From Histomonas meleagridis 2922-C6/04-290x (Eukaryota; Protista; Parabasalia), in NCBI GenBank assembly GCA_020184695.1, contig JAANOX010000276.1, positions 155,890-219,889 on the forward strand: a DNA stretch of 64,000 nucleotides, given 5' to 3'. The position numbers and the translations under genes are program-made. The notes beneath the pieces were generated by a model. That model was not told where the DNA came from. It ran no database searches and worked only from the letters and a program-made list of their open reading frames with translations. Below, in pieces: positions 1 through 11,223 of the stretch; positions within the stretch are counted from its first letter, which is position 1; each line of letters begins with the position of its first letter.

Positions 1-204
1 GCCATCGGCATTGAAAAATTGAATTAAATTTAATTGTGGTAACACAATTACCTCCAAAGTTCAGAGGTCAGATAATTGTCCAAACATAACTTTTTTATTA
101 TAATAACTTTTTTTTAGGCGGTGGAAGATTTTTTAAAAACGATAGGTACACGAACCATTTTAATGTACACCCTATATATTGTTGTGAATCATTTACAAAA
201 AGAA

Positions 205-395
205 AGTTTAATGACCATCATTAATTGAATTTTATAATATCTTTAATCTTATATTGATTGCATTTCGCCAACAACCATTTTAGCAATTTTAACATTATTT
301 TTTTCATCAGCACTCATAAGTGCTGCTTCAAATAATTTAAAAAATTTCTAAATAAAATAATCATTATGTAATATCATTTAGCATATCAATTCTCA
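205..395 (-). pseudogene. Orphan decayed ankyrin repeat preceded by the 3' end of the ankyrin junction insert
   Basis: The minus strand reads ...GAAATTTTTTAAATTATTTGAA-GCA GCA CTT ATG AGT GCT (A-A-L-M-S-A-D-E-K..NNVKIAKMV, frameshifted). This is the same layout as the junctions at 1743-5458. Boundaries are approximate. Confidence 0.5.
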
Positions 396-602
396 TAACA
401 TTAGCTGCAAAAAATCGTTTAAATTCAACAATGCTCGGCTCTAGGACAATTGTTCTTCTTGAGGATTTTCATTTTTCTTCAAGTTTTCAAATAAATTTAT
501 TCCTTTCTAATCTCACTTTGCAGTGTATCGGTCAATTCCTTGAGTGAAAATTTGACAATGTTTGTTTCGATGTGACGGTTATTGCGGTTTAATAACAAAA
601 AA

Positions 603-620
603 GCGGTTTGGCCATCCTTT
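603..620 (+). promoter_or_regulatory. M3-like (GCGGTTT) and M5 (CCTTT) core promoter elements of RPS23
   Basis: GCGGTTT at 603-609 and CCTTT at 616-620, 5 nt before the ATG. CCTTT is the known Trichomonas vaginalis ribosomal-protein-gene core element, and it recurs before RPL7A and RPLP1. Confidence 0.65.
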
Positions 621-625
621 CAAAA

Positions 626-1060
626 ATGGGTAAATCCAAGGCTTGTGGTCGCCAAGCTGCTCGTAAGCTCCGTGTTGCACACAGAAACAACCTATGGGCA
701 AGCAAAAAATATCGCAAGAGGCAAAGCACAACAATCTACAAGACACCATTAGAAGGTGTTGCTATGGCCTCAGGTATTGTTACCCAAAAAGTTGCTGTTG
801 AAGCTAAGCAACCAAACTCTGCTATTCGTAAAGCTGTTCGTGTTCAACTCAAAAAGAATAGCAAAGTTATCACTGCATTTGTACCACGTGATGGTTCCCT
901 TCGTTTGATTGATGATAACGATCGTGTGCTTGTTGCTGGTCTTGGTCGTTCCAATCGTTCTGTTGGTGATCTTCCTGGAGTTCGTTTCCAAGTTATCAAA
1001 GTTGCAGGCTTCTCCCTTCTTGCCTTGTGGCTCGGTAAGAAGGAAAAACCAAGGAGCTAA
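626..1060 (+). CDS. RPS23: 40S ribosomal protein S23 (uS12)
   Basis: MGKSKACG...[15 protein letters not shown]...[14 protein letters not shown]...KKEKPRS. True ATG is 626; the ORF-track TTG start at 608 lies in the promoter. Confidence 0.97.
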   Translation: MGKSKACGRQAARKLRVAHRNNLWASKKYRKRQSTTIYKTPLEGVAMASGIVTQKVAVEAKQPNSAIRKAVRVQLKKNSKVITAFVPRDGSLRLIDDNDRVLVAGLGRSNRSVGDLPGVRFQVIKVAGFSLLALWLGKKEKPRS

Positions 1061-1688
1061 ATTTGATTCATAAGTTATCGTTTTGAGATTTGTAAATCAT
1101 GAAGCCTCATTATATTTCATTTTATTTGATTTTTTTCATTCTTTTGATTCTTCTGTAGGAGTGTTTATTCAGGAAAACTTGGAATTCTAAATATTATGAC
1201 AAATCTAAATTTTGGATTATTTGTTGTAATGATTCTTAGGAGGAAATAGATGCTATTTCAGAGACAAATCTGGGTATTTCTATCCAATAATTATGTGCTT
1301 TCCACCCATTTGATACAATCAAACCGACTTCTGATGCCAGTTTCGATCATATGATCATATCCTGCATCACATTATTCGATTTGAATCGGTGTTTGAATGA
1401 ATTGAATATTCAAATTGCGCTTTGATGAAACAAAAAATGCTACACTTCCACTTGTTAGCAACCAAGAAGAATGCACCCAGGTTGAACTTGCTGAATATCT
1501 TGCTGGATGGTCTGGTGATAAAAATCAACCTTATGTTCTTGTTTATGATGAAGCTTATTATTCATCAGGAATATTCACATATTGACAAAATGGTGATGAC
1601 GTTTTCCCGATATTACGAAGATAAAAATGCTGGAATCGTATACACTACCAAAATAGATATCAAAAAAGCTCTTTATTGTATTAATTCT

Positions 1689-4600
1689 CTATGATATATA
1701 TCTTTTCATATTACCATTATAAAATGCTTTCATAATTGCAATTCTAAATGTGAAATAATTTCAAAATATTATTTTATTACCCAATATTATGAAAACAAAT
1801 ATGAAATAAAGTAAGTAAATTTCTTTTTCATTAATATCAATTCCTTCTTGTTTAAGAAGTAATTTAACTATTTCTGTATATCCTTTTGCAGATGCCCAAA
1901 TAAGTGCTGTATAAAATATTTTAATTAATTTCCAAATATTATTTTGAAATATCAAATTATTAAAATAAATTTTAGATAAAACAAATAAATATTTTTAGCA
2001 TTAATATCAATTCCTTCTTGTTCAAGAAGTAATTTAACTATTTCTATATGACCATTTTCAGATGCCAAAATAAGTGCTGTACTAATTAATTTAAACAATT
2101 TCCAAATATTATTTTGAAATATCAAATTATTAAAATAAATTTTAGATAAAACAAATAAATATTTTTAGCATTAACATCAATTCCTTCTTGTTCAAGAAGT
2201 AATTCAACTATTTCTGTATATCCTTTTACAGATGCTATCATAAGTGCTGTTTTAAATAATATAAATAATTTCCAAATATTATTTTGAAATATTAAATTAT
2301 TATAATAAATAATATATTCAGCATTAATATCAATTCCTTCTTGTTCAAGAAGCAATTTAACTATTTCTGTATAACCGTATTCTGATGCATACATAAGTGC
2401 TGTTTTAAATATTTTAAATAATTTTTGAATATTATTTTTTTATATCAAATTATCAAAATAAATATAAAATATAACAAATAAATATTTTTAGCATTAACAT
2501 CAATTCCTTCTTGTTCAAGAAGCAATTTAGCTATTTCTGTATAACCATAATAAGATGCTAAAATAAGTGCTGTTTTAAATAATTTAAATAATTTCCAAAT
2601 ATTATTTTGAAATATAAAATTATTAAAATAAATTTTAGATAAAACAAATAAATATTTTTAGCATTAATATCAATTCCTTTATGTTCAAGAAGTAATTCAA
2701 CTATTTCTATATAACCGTATTCTGATGCATAAATAAGTGCTGTATCAAATAATTTTAATAATTTTCAAATATTATTTTCAAATATAAAATTATTAAAACA
2801 AATATAAAATATAACAAATGAGTATCTTTAGCATTAATATTAATTCCTTCTTGTTCAAGAAGTAATTCAACTATTTCTATATAACCATTTGAAGATGCTA
2901 AAATAAGTGCTGTTTTAAATAATTTAAATAATTTCCAAATGTTATTTTGTAATCCGAAATTATTAAAATGAATCTTAAGCAAAACTAATAAATATTTTTA
3001 GCATTAATATTAATTCCTTCTTGTTTAAGAAGTAATTCAACTATTTCTGTGTGACCGTATTCTGATGCATAAATAAGAGCAGTTCTAAACATTTAAAATA
3101 ATTCCTGATTATTATATTGAAATAAATCGGAAATATATATAACAACAATATCACTTTTTTCTTTTTCAATCATTAATTTGATGATTTCTATATTTCCATT
3201 TTTTGATGCCAACCAAAGTTCTGTTTCAAACATTTTAAATAATTTCCTAATATCATATTGAAATATAAAATTCTCATAAATCCTAAATAAAATAAATAAA
3301 TATCTTTAGCAATAATATCAATTCCATTTTTCTCAAGAAGTAATTTAGCTATTTTTGTATATCCCTTTTCAAGAGCGATTATAAGAGCTGTATTAAATAA
3401 TTTGAATAATTACCAAAAATTATTCTGAAATATCAAATTTTTAAAATAAATTTCAAATAAAACAAATAAATATCTTTAGCAATAATATCAATTCCTTCTT
3501 GTTCCAGGAGTAATTTAACTATTTTTGTATGACCATTTTCAGATGCTAAAATAAGTGCTGTTTTAAATAATTTTAATAATTACCAAATACTATTTTGGAA
3601 CATTATAATATTGAAAGTAATCCAAAATAAAACATCTGAATAGTTTTAGCATTAATATCAATTCTTTTAATTTCAAGAATTAATTGTATGGTTTCTATAT
3701 TACCATCGGAAGATGCTTGAAGGAGTGACTCTTCTAATTTATTAGATAAATATTAAATAAATTATTGAAATCAGAAAATCTTTATAATCTTTATCAATTC
3801 CTTTTTGCTTAAGAAGTAAGTTGAATATTTCTGCATGCCTATTTTTAAATGCAAAATCAAGTGCTGTATTTTGATAAATATTATAAATAACAAATATTAT
3901 CAATAATTTCTAAATATCATTTTGAAATCCAGTTTTATTAAAACAAATATATTCAGCATTAACATCAATTCCTTCTTGTTCAAGAAGCAATTTAACTATT
4001 TCTGTATGACCATTTTCAGATGCATACATAAGTGCTGTTTTAAATATTTTAAATAATTTTTGAATATTATTTTATTATATCAAATTATCAAAATAAATAT
4101 AAAATAAAACAAATGAGTATCTTGAGCATTAACATCAATTCCTTCTTGTTCAAGAAGCAATTTAGCTATTTCTGTATGACCATTTTCAGATGCATAAATC
4201 AGCGGATCAAATAATTTGAATAATTTCCAAAAATTATTCTTATATATTAAATGTTTGAAATAAATTATTAATAAATCAAATTAATATAATCAATATTCGT
4301 ACATATACATTTTTGATCAAGAATTATTTTAACAAGTTCAGCGTGGTCATTTTTATATCCATAAATAAATTCTATCAAAAATATTTCGAATGATTTCCAA
4401 ATATTTTCATTAAATCCAAAAATATTTATGAAATATCTATAACAAATAAATAAATATTTTTAATATTGGGATGATTTCTTTTATAATCAAGAAGTAATTT
4501 AATTGTTTCTTGATGATTATTTTCATATGCATACATAATTGCTGTTTTAAATAATTTGTATAACTTCCAAAAATTAATTTCATATTTCAAATTATTTATA

Positions 4601-5458
4601 TAAAAATTATATAAAATAAGTTAACTGATTTAAAGTTGATATCAATTTTATGTTCAAGAAGTAATTGAACCGTTTCACAATAACCATTGATAGATGCTAA
4701 AATAAGCGCTGTGTTAAATATTTTTAGTTAACACCAAAATTATATTTTATATTCGAAAGTAATAAGAAAAATTTTAATTAAAATAAAATAAAATCATGTA
4801 AATTGACATCAATCTTTTTATGATTAAGAAGTAATCTAATAATTTCGATATAGTTATTTTTAATAGCAAACATTAGTGCTGTGTAAAATAATTTAAGTAA
4901 ATCCCAGTTATTATAATGAAATTTTATTTGATTTAAAGAAAAATTAAAACAAATAAATAAAAATTTGCTGCATTCACATTAACCATTTTATAATTAAGAA
5001 GCAATTTAACGATTTCAATGTATCCATTTTGTGCTGCATCAATAAGTGCTGTCCATCATAATATGTATATATTCTAAATTTTAGAAATAATCTCCAAATA
5101 TTGAAAATTAAAATTAAAAAAAATAAAGAAAAATTTACTGCATTAACATTAATTCTTTTCTGCTCAAGAAGTAATTTAACAATTTCAATGTTATTATTAT
5201 GAACTGCCATAAAAAATGCAGTATAAAATACACAAAATGAATTCCAAAAATGTTATTGAAATTCCAAATGGTAAAAACAATTTTTATTTTTTTCATTTAT
5301 TTTAATACTTTTTTGTTCAAGAAGAAATTTAACTACATCAAAATAACCTTCACTACATGCAACAATTAACGGTGTATAAAATTTTTAAAATAAATTTTAT
5401 TAAATATTTTAAAACTCCAAATTATTAAAATATTTTTTATTAAATACAATGAAACATA
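1689..5458 (-). repeat. Tandem array, modal period 170 nt (102-nt ankyrin block plus 68-nt AT-rich insert), 23 junctions
   Basis: Measured periods, counting each block to the next downstream: 153,170,170,170,167,170,167,170,171,136,170,170,167,141,170,170,170,170,153,170,170,168. The first junction (5376-5458) is also the standard size. Confidence 0.95.
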
Positions 5459-6619
5459 TTTTATATTTACATTAATTTCTCCTATGTCAAGAAGTAGTTT
5501 AACAATTTCTTTGTTTCCTGATCTTACTGCTGATATTAAAGCCTTTTTTGGTATTTCATTTCCATCTGAAAAAAGTTTTAATAGAAATATATTTCCACTT
5601 TCGACTGATTCTATTATCAATTCTTTAAAATTTAATTTCTTTTCTATCAAAAAAGACAAAATTTCATAATTGTTATATATAATACATTTTTTAGCTAATT
5701 CAGTTAAATCTTCTTCTTTAATGTTTTCATTATCAAAAAAATATCGGAAAATTTCATTCCTATGATATTCTATTGCTATTTCGATTGATCCTTCGAAGTT
5801 TGAGTGATTTTGCTCACAAATATAAACAATTTCAAGATTTCCACCTGCAACAGCATATATCCCAGTGTTTTTTATGTCAACATTATTTAACACTAAGAAT
5901 TTGAAACATTTAATTGATCCAAAGAATGCAGCATAATCAACAAGTGAAACATTTTCTTTATTAATGAATGAATATCTTTCATATAAAGATGGCTCTATAA
6001 TTTGTTTAAAATCGAATTTTGGTTCTGTTGAAATTTCTTGAAGTTTTTCTATTTCATCATTTCGAATTATTTTAACAATATTAGAAGGATTAGTTCCTTC
6101 TCGAATGAATTGCTTGTGGAGCTTCCAATCATCCTTCCTAAGTTCTTCAATATGTTCAAAAATTTTTTTATGAAACGGATTATCACTTGTTAAATCTTTT
6201 AATGCATTAATTTCTTCATTCGTTTTATAATGAATAAAATATAATGATTTCATGTAGCGGACAATTTTAGAATTTATTAAGTTTTCTTCAATTAACTTTT
6301 CTAAAAGAAAATTTGATTCTTGTGAATTTAAATGAATAAGTAATTGTGTAAAAATATTAATTATTGTGTTCGAATATTTAGTAGAAAATATTTTAAGAAA
6401 TTGTAAATATCCATTAAAGTTTTTATGTGAAATGATATGTAAATAAATTAATCGACTTATAACTATCAAAGAAGAATATGGATAATTAGAATCAATTAAT
6501 TTATTTATCAATTCTACTGATTCAGGAATATTTTTTTCATTTACCTTTAAAACACTGTTTTGTATAATTTGTAGATATTGAATATAATTGGTTTCCTTTG
6601 CTACATCAAATTTTTTCAT
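1689..6619 (-). CDS. DUF3447 plus ankyrin-repeat protein with 22 full repeats and a terminal half repeat, interrupted at every repeat by an intron-like insert (continuous only if inserts are removed)
   Basis: First exon runs 6619 to about 5450 and contains the DUF3447-like YAVAGGNLEIVYICEQ..AIEYHRNEIF. Then TAL-type blocks start at 5375, 5222, 5052, 4882, 4712, 4545, 4375, 4208, 4038, 3867, 3731, 3561, 3391, 3224, 3083, 2913, 2743, 2573, 2403, 2250, 2080, 1910 and 1742, all open in the ankyrin frame. The last block ends at TAG 1691-1689. Confidence 0.7.
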
Positions 6620-7041
6620 TCCTCTGCTTTGCAGAATTTCGGATCCAAAACGATTAATATGCGAAAAAGTGATGGTTTTTTGAATGCGAAATTTTCAAAT
6701 TTTGAATAGCCGATACAAGCCAAAAAAAGATAAAAGTATTCAAATGAATACAAAATTACGATGTTTGATTTGCAAATCCCTGAAATTTTTTGTTCGACAC
6801 ACAAACAATGTTTTTTATGTAATTAGAAAGCATTGAATAAGGGATAAGAACAAACAAATTTTGTTGACTTTTTTTCTATACACATTATATATATTTTTAT
6901 GTCTTATTAAACAATTAATTGTTTCATTGATTCATTTGATTACAATGTTATTATGATTTTGATACTTGTTAAATTAAAACAAAAAATTATATCTCATAAA
7001 CCAAAAATTTATGAACGCTCTAATGAAAATGATAATTTTCA

Positions 7042-8348
7042 TCACAAAGTTCCTGTGAAAGAGAAATCCGGGAAGTTACATGAAGCCGATTGCACTGCCG
7101 AATCGACCGGATTTTCAGTAGTGAACTCCGGGTCGAAGTTTGCCGTTATGTTACCCTTATTCTCAGGTATGAACGCCGGTGTATATTTCTTGTTATATAC
7201 GTCGTCCCAATTCAACGAAGAGAAGAATTTCATCTTCTTAATTCTATTAAACCCTGGTCTTAACTGTGGGTCTTTTGTCAATAGTAACCGAATGAAATCG
7301 ACAGCGTCCTTCGGTAACATTCCGGGCGGGAAATACGGAACAGCTCTCACTATATTTTGGAGTGTTTTTCCACGATTATCATCGAGGAAAGGATTACCAT
7401 CAGTCAACATTTCATACGCAAGTACACCAAGTGCCCACCAATCAACAGCATATGAATATGGCTGACGTAATATTACTTCTGGCGCAAGATATTCAGTGGT
7501 ACCACAAATAGTAGTGGCTGTACTATTACTTTCAACAAGTTCTTTGGATAAACCAAAGTCAGTAAGTTTAATGTGGCCTTCGCTATCTAATAATACATTT
7601 TCAGGTTTGAGATCACGATAAATAATTCCAATTGAATGTAAGTAATTAAGTGCTAACGCAATTTCTGCAATGTATAGACGAGCTTCGTCAATAGGAATGG
7701 CACCGCGCTTCTCCATATGATAAAATAATTCTCCGCCAGACGCATATTCAAGACCTAAATAAAACTTGGAGGAGGTTTGGAATGAAAAACATAAGCGGAC
7801 AAGAAATGGATGCTTGGCCTTCATGAGAATATTACGTTCGGCTATGACTGTATTGATTTTGCTGGTTTCGATGAGTCGCTTCTTTTGAATGGATTTAATG
7901 GCAAAAAGTTCTCCAGTGGTTCGATGTTGAACAAGCATAACTTTACCAAAGAAACCACGTCCAATTGTGGATAAGATACGAAAACTTGCCATAGAAAGAA
8001 TAGGAGATACTGTTAGTGAATTGGTAATGGCTGTGCCCCAACGAACTGTCTTCTTTTTCTTTGTAAACTCAAAGGTTATTGGATCACTACCAGGATTTCT
8101 TACTACAATGTTATATGGAGTTTCATTAACATTAATATCCACTTTGGTCTCGGTAGTAAGTGGAATAGTACGTTCAATTTGTTGATAGTTTTTATCTAAA
8201 TATATCGCACTTGAGTTAGAAAAAAAACATACAGATTATTTTCGTGAAGAAGAACATAACGAGGAATCGTTTCATCTCCATTTCGGAGTTGAAGGCATCC
8301 CCTAAATTCCAAAATTTCTTGGTTCGAAAGCTCTTCATGTGGGTTCAT
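7042..8348 (-). CDS. PH-domain AGC kinase (PKB/Akt-like), two exons 8348-8233 and 8209-7042, 427 aa
   Basis: Kinase motifs GRGFFGKV, YRDLKPENVL, DFG, CGTTEYLAPE and an AGC tail (NFDPEFT...FPDFSF). Removing a 23-nt intron joins an ATG-initiated PH-like N-terminus (RYVLLHENNLAIYLDKNYQQIERTIPL) in frame. Confidence 0.9.
8210..8232 (-). other. 23-nt spliceosomal micro-intron GTATGTTTTTTTTCTAACTCAAG
   Basis: GTATGT donor, CTAAC branch motif and AG acceptor. Removal restores the reading frame (CT|T GCG ATA TAT TTA GAT). Confidence 0.8.
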
Positions 8349-8417
8349 ATTCAAAATAAAAAACGGTTTAAATATTTTCTGGGCGTGTCACTTTTGGGCC
8401 GTTAGAGCTGTAGACAA

Positions 8418-9104
8418 ATGGAAATTGATGAAAACGTAAAAGCTTATTTAGCTGGGATTATTTATGATGCTGGTAGAGCTCAAGATTCTGCTGATATACT
8501 TCTTGAATTATTGGAAGCAAAATATACATTTCAAAATAGTGATGCACAACTATTTATTTCTGTTTGGTCTGATTTAATTTCACCTTTGCGTATTGCAATT
8601 TTGAACATGAAAGATGATCTTGGTGAGCAAAGTTCAGCTATAAAGGAATTAAAAAATGTTTTAAATGAAAAATTAAATCAAATCATAAATATTCTCCAAG
8701 ATATCTTTATTCCTTTAGCTCAAGATGAACTAACACAAGCAAGTTATATAAAAAAGCTTGCAGATTTCCAAAGATATAAAATAGAATGTTATGATGGTGA
8801 AGAAAAAAAAACTTTATCAAATGAATCACAAAAAAACTATAAAAAGACACTCACAATACTTGATAACTTCCATGAAAACATTCGAAATGAACTTAATATA
8901 TCAACAGAACTTAACTATGCAATTCTCTTAGCTGATTATTTAGATCAAAGACAAACAGCAGAAGAAACTTTAACAAGAATATCAAACGAACTAGAAAACT
9001 CAATATCGAAATACCCTGAAAAAGAAAGGAGTAAAATCCAAGATTATATTGATATTATGAAAGAAAATTTAGCAAGATGGAATGCTAAAGATAACGAAAA
9101 TTAA
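8418..9104 (+). CDS. Divergent 14-3-3-like protein
   Basis: KKLADFQRY resembles KMKGDYYRY, LNYAILLADYL resembles LNFSVFYYEIL, and DIMKENLARW resembles QLLRDNLTLW. Length 228 aa. Confidence 0.75.
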   Translation: MEIDENVKAYLAGIIYDAGRAQDSADILLELLEAKYTFQNSDAQLFISVWSDLISPLRIAILNMKDDLGEQSSAIKELKNVLNEKLNQIINILQDIFIPLAQDELTQASYIKKLADFQRYKIECYDGEEKKTLSNESQKNYKKTLTILDNFHENIRNELNISTELNYAILLADYLDQRQTAEETLTRISNELENSISKYPEKERSKIQDYIDIMKENLARWNAKDNEN

Positions 9105-9196
9105 TAAAACTGTTTGTAAATAGAAAAAAAAATTGAATATGTTTGTTCGTTTTGAGCGGTTTTTTAGAAATCTGTTGACATTTGTTGACAAGCCAT

Positions 9197-10555
9197 ATGA
9201 ATGTACAGAACACTTTGGACAAATTTGAAAACAATGCTGCTGAATTTTGGCTTAATAAAATAAAGAAATGTATTTCATTAGGAGTTCCTAATGAACTTGA
9301 GTATGCAAAGTATTCACTATTACCATTTTTTCGTATGATAGATTTTGATCTTCTTCATTCATTAGAAATAGATCCATTCTATGAACGAATTATTTTATAT
9401 ATAAAAGAAACAGAATCAAATCCCACAGATAATCCAATTGATTATTTCAATTTATGTATTGCACATTTAACAATTGGTGATTATTTCCGAGCATTTTCAT
9501 ACTTCCACAAGGAAACAATTTCCAAAAGTGAAGAACCTTCAACAATTACCGAACTATTTCTTCTTGGAATTTTTTCCTCATATTACTATCGAAATAATGA
9601 AACCACAACATTTCTTTCTCAAGCCATCGAAACCCCTTCCAATGAGATTACTCCCATCATGGCATTCGAAGCTATTCTCCACATTGCATTTACATATCGA
9701 CGTGAACAGAAATATATTCAAGCTATTGGATACTTCAACAAGCTACAGGAACTCCAACATCCTGTTTTCACCCCAGACGACGTTGCTTTCCAAATCGGTT
9801 CCACTTTTTTGATGTGCAACAACTTTGAAAAGGGCATTCAAATTCTCGAACCGTTAATTCCCACAAAAAGTTCCGAAATTTTTTTGCAAGTTGCGTATTG
9901 CTCAGCATTAAATTTCGACTTTCCTAAGGCCTTATCCTATCTTTCCCTTATCTCTAATGATTATCATTATTGTGGTAATCGGGATGCACAATTTCTTCGA
10001 GCATATATCGAATATCGTACAGATGTATATAATCGTGCTTATGATATTCTTCGTGATTTGATTCGGAATGATGAACTTGATGGATTTGGATGGGGTTTAC
10101 TTGGAATGATATTAATGAAAAATGGGAATCTTCAAGAAGCTCTCTGCTCATTAAAGAATGCAATTGTCCTAGAGCCAAGCATTGTCGAGTTTAAGCGATT
10201 TTTTGCAGTTACAGCTGACGTCATGGGATATCATGTTGAATCGAAAATATTTTGTGAAAACACAGATTTGTTTCGCATTGGAAAGTTAGCGATTGGAAAA
10301 CAGTCAAAGAACCCGAAACAAATTTCACAAGAAGGTATACAGCAAAAATTGTTTGCAGTTCTTCATGAAATGGATTTAAAGCGATTGCTGAAATCGCCAG
10401 CAATCAAACAAGAAGAAGCATTCGTCAGAGCGCCACCAATACTTCCCGAAGGATTATATGGATTTGTTGAATCGAATGAAATGAAAATTAATGAAAAGAT
10501 GAAGAAAGTATCACTAACATCATCAAGTGAAACAACAAAAGTGTTTTTTAATTAA
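9197..10555 (+). CDS. TPR-repeat protein (Ssn6/UTX-like TPR array)
   Basis: Repeated TPR-like helical pairs (IAFTYRREQKYIQAIGYF, GWGLLGMILMKNGNLQEALCSLKNAIVLEP). ATG at 9197. Confidence 0.65.
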   Translation: MNVQNTLDKFENNAAEFWLNKIKKCISLGVPNELEYAKYSLLPFFRMIDFDLLHSLEIDPFYERIILYIKETESNPTDNPIDYFNLCIAHLTIGDYFRAFSYFHKETISKSEEPSTITELFLLGIFSSYYYRNNETTTFLSQAIETPSNEITPIMAFEAILHIAFTYRREQKYIQAIGYFNKLQELQHPVFTPDDVAFQIGSTFLMCNNFEKGIQILEPLIPTKSSEIFLQVAYCSALNFDFPKALSYLSLISNDYHYCGNRDAQFLRAYIEYRTDVYNRAYDILRDLIRNDELDGFGWGLLGMILMKNGNLQEALCSLKNAIVLEPSIVEFKRFFAVTADVMGYHVESKIFCENTDLFRIGKLAIGKQSKNPKQISQEGIQQKLFAVLHEMDLKRLLKSPAIKQEEAFVRAPPILPEGLYGFVESNEMKINEKMKKVSLTSSSETTKVFFN

Positions 10556-10666
10556 AGATGTTTTTTATTAATTATAAATAAATGTAAATTAATGATAAAT
10601 TTTAAATATGTATTAAAGTTTGATTGAGCAAAAGTAAATTAAATATTGTTTTGTTTACGATTTACA

Positions 10667-10980
10667 AATTACTTCTTGAACAAGAAGGAATTGTTATTAA
10701 AGCTAAAGATATTTATTTGTTTTGTTTATGATTTATTGTAATAATTTTTTATTTCAAAATAATACTTGAAAATTATTTAAGTTGTTTTGTACATCTATAT
10801 TATTATTGCATCTATATGTGGCTACATAGAAATAGTTAAACTTCTAGAACGAGAAAAAATTGCTGTTAATGCCAAAAACATTTGTTTATTTTCCCAAAAT
10901 AAATTAAAAATTTATTTAATATTTATTATAATAATATAAATTTCAAAATAATATTTGGAATTTATTTAAATTAATTATAG
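10667..10980 (+). pseudogene. Orphan ankyrin-repeat remnant with one standard 68-nt insert and part of a second
   Basis: KLLLEQEGIVIKAKDI, then an 83-nt junction, then TSILL(frameshift)ASICGYIEIVKLLEREKIAVNAKNI, followed by TTTCAAAATAATATTTGGAA. Confidence 0.8.
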
Positions 10981-11223
10981 AAAAGAATTGATTATGAAAA
11001 AAATAATGTTAAATTTGTTCAAATGATTGCTTCTAAAATACAACCATAATCAGTGTGTACTGTATGTATATATTATAAAATTAGTGATATCAATCAATAA
11101 TTTTGTTTATTATAAACTTTGTATCTTCTTTTGTAAATGATTTATGGCAATATGAATTTAAAATTTATTGAAAATTTCCTTTTATTATTTAAACAATATA
11201 AAAAGATTTTCATAAAAACATTT

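Noticed and set aside
1150-1690. Slightly GC-richer stretch with broken frames (…GWSGDKNQPYVLVYDEAYY…)
   Set aside because: Probably a pseudogene, but no family can be assigned by eye.
1689-5458. 170-nt periodic array as a CRISPR or satellite-only repeat
   Set aside because: The context is eukaryotic, there are no cas genes, and the conserved part translates as ankyrin repeats with an open frame.
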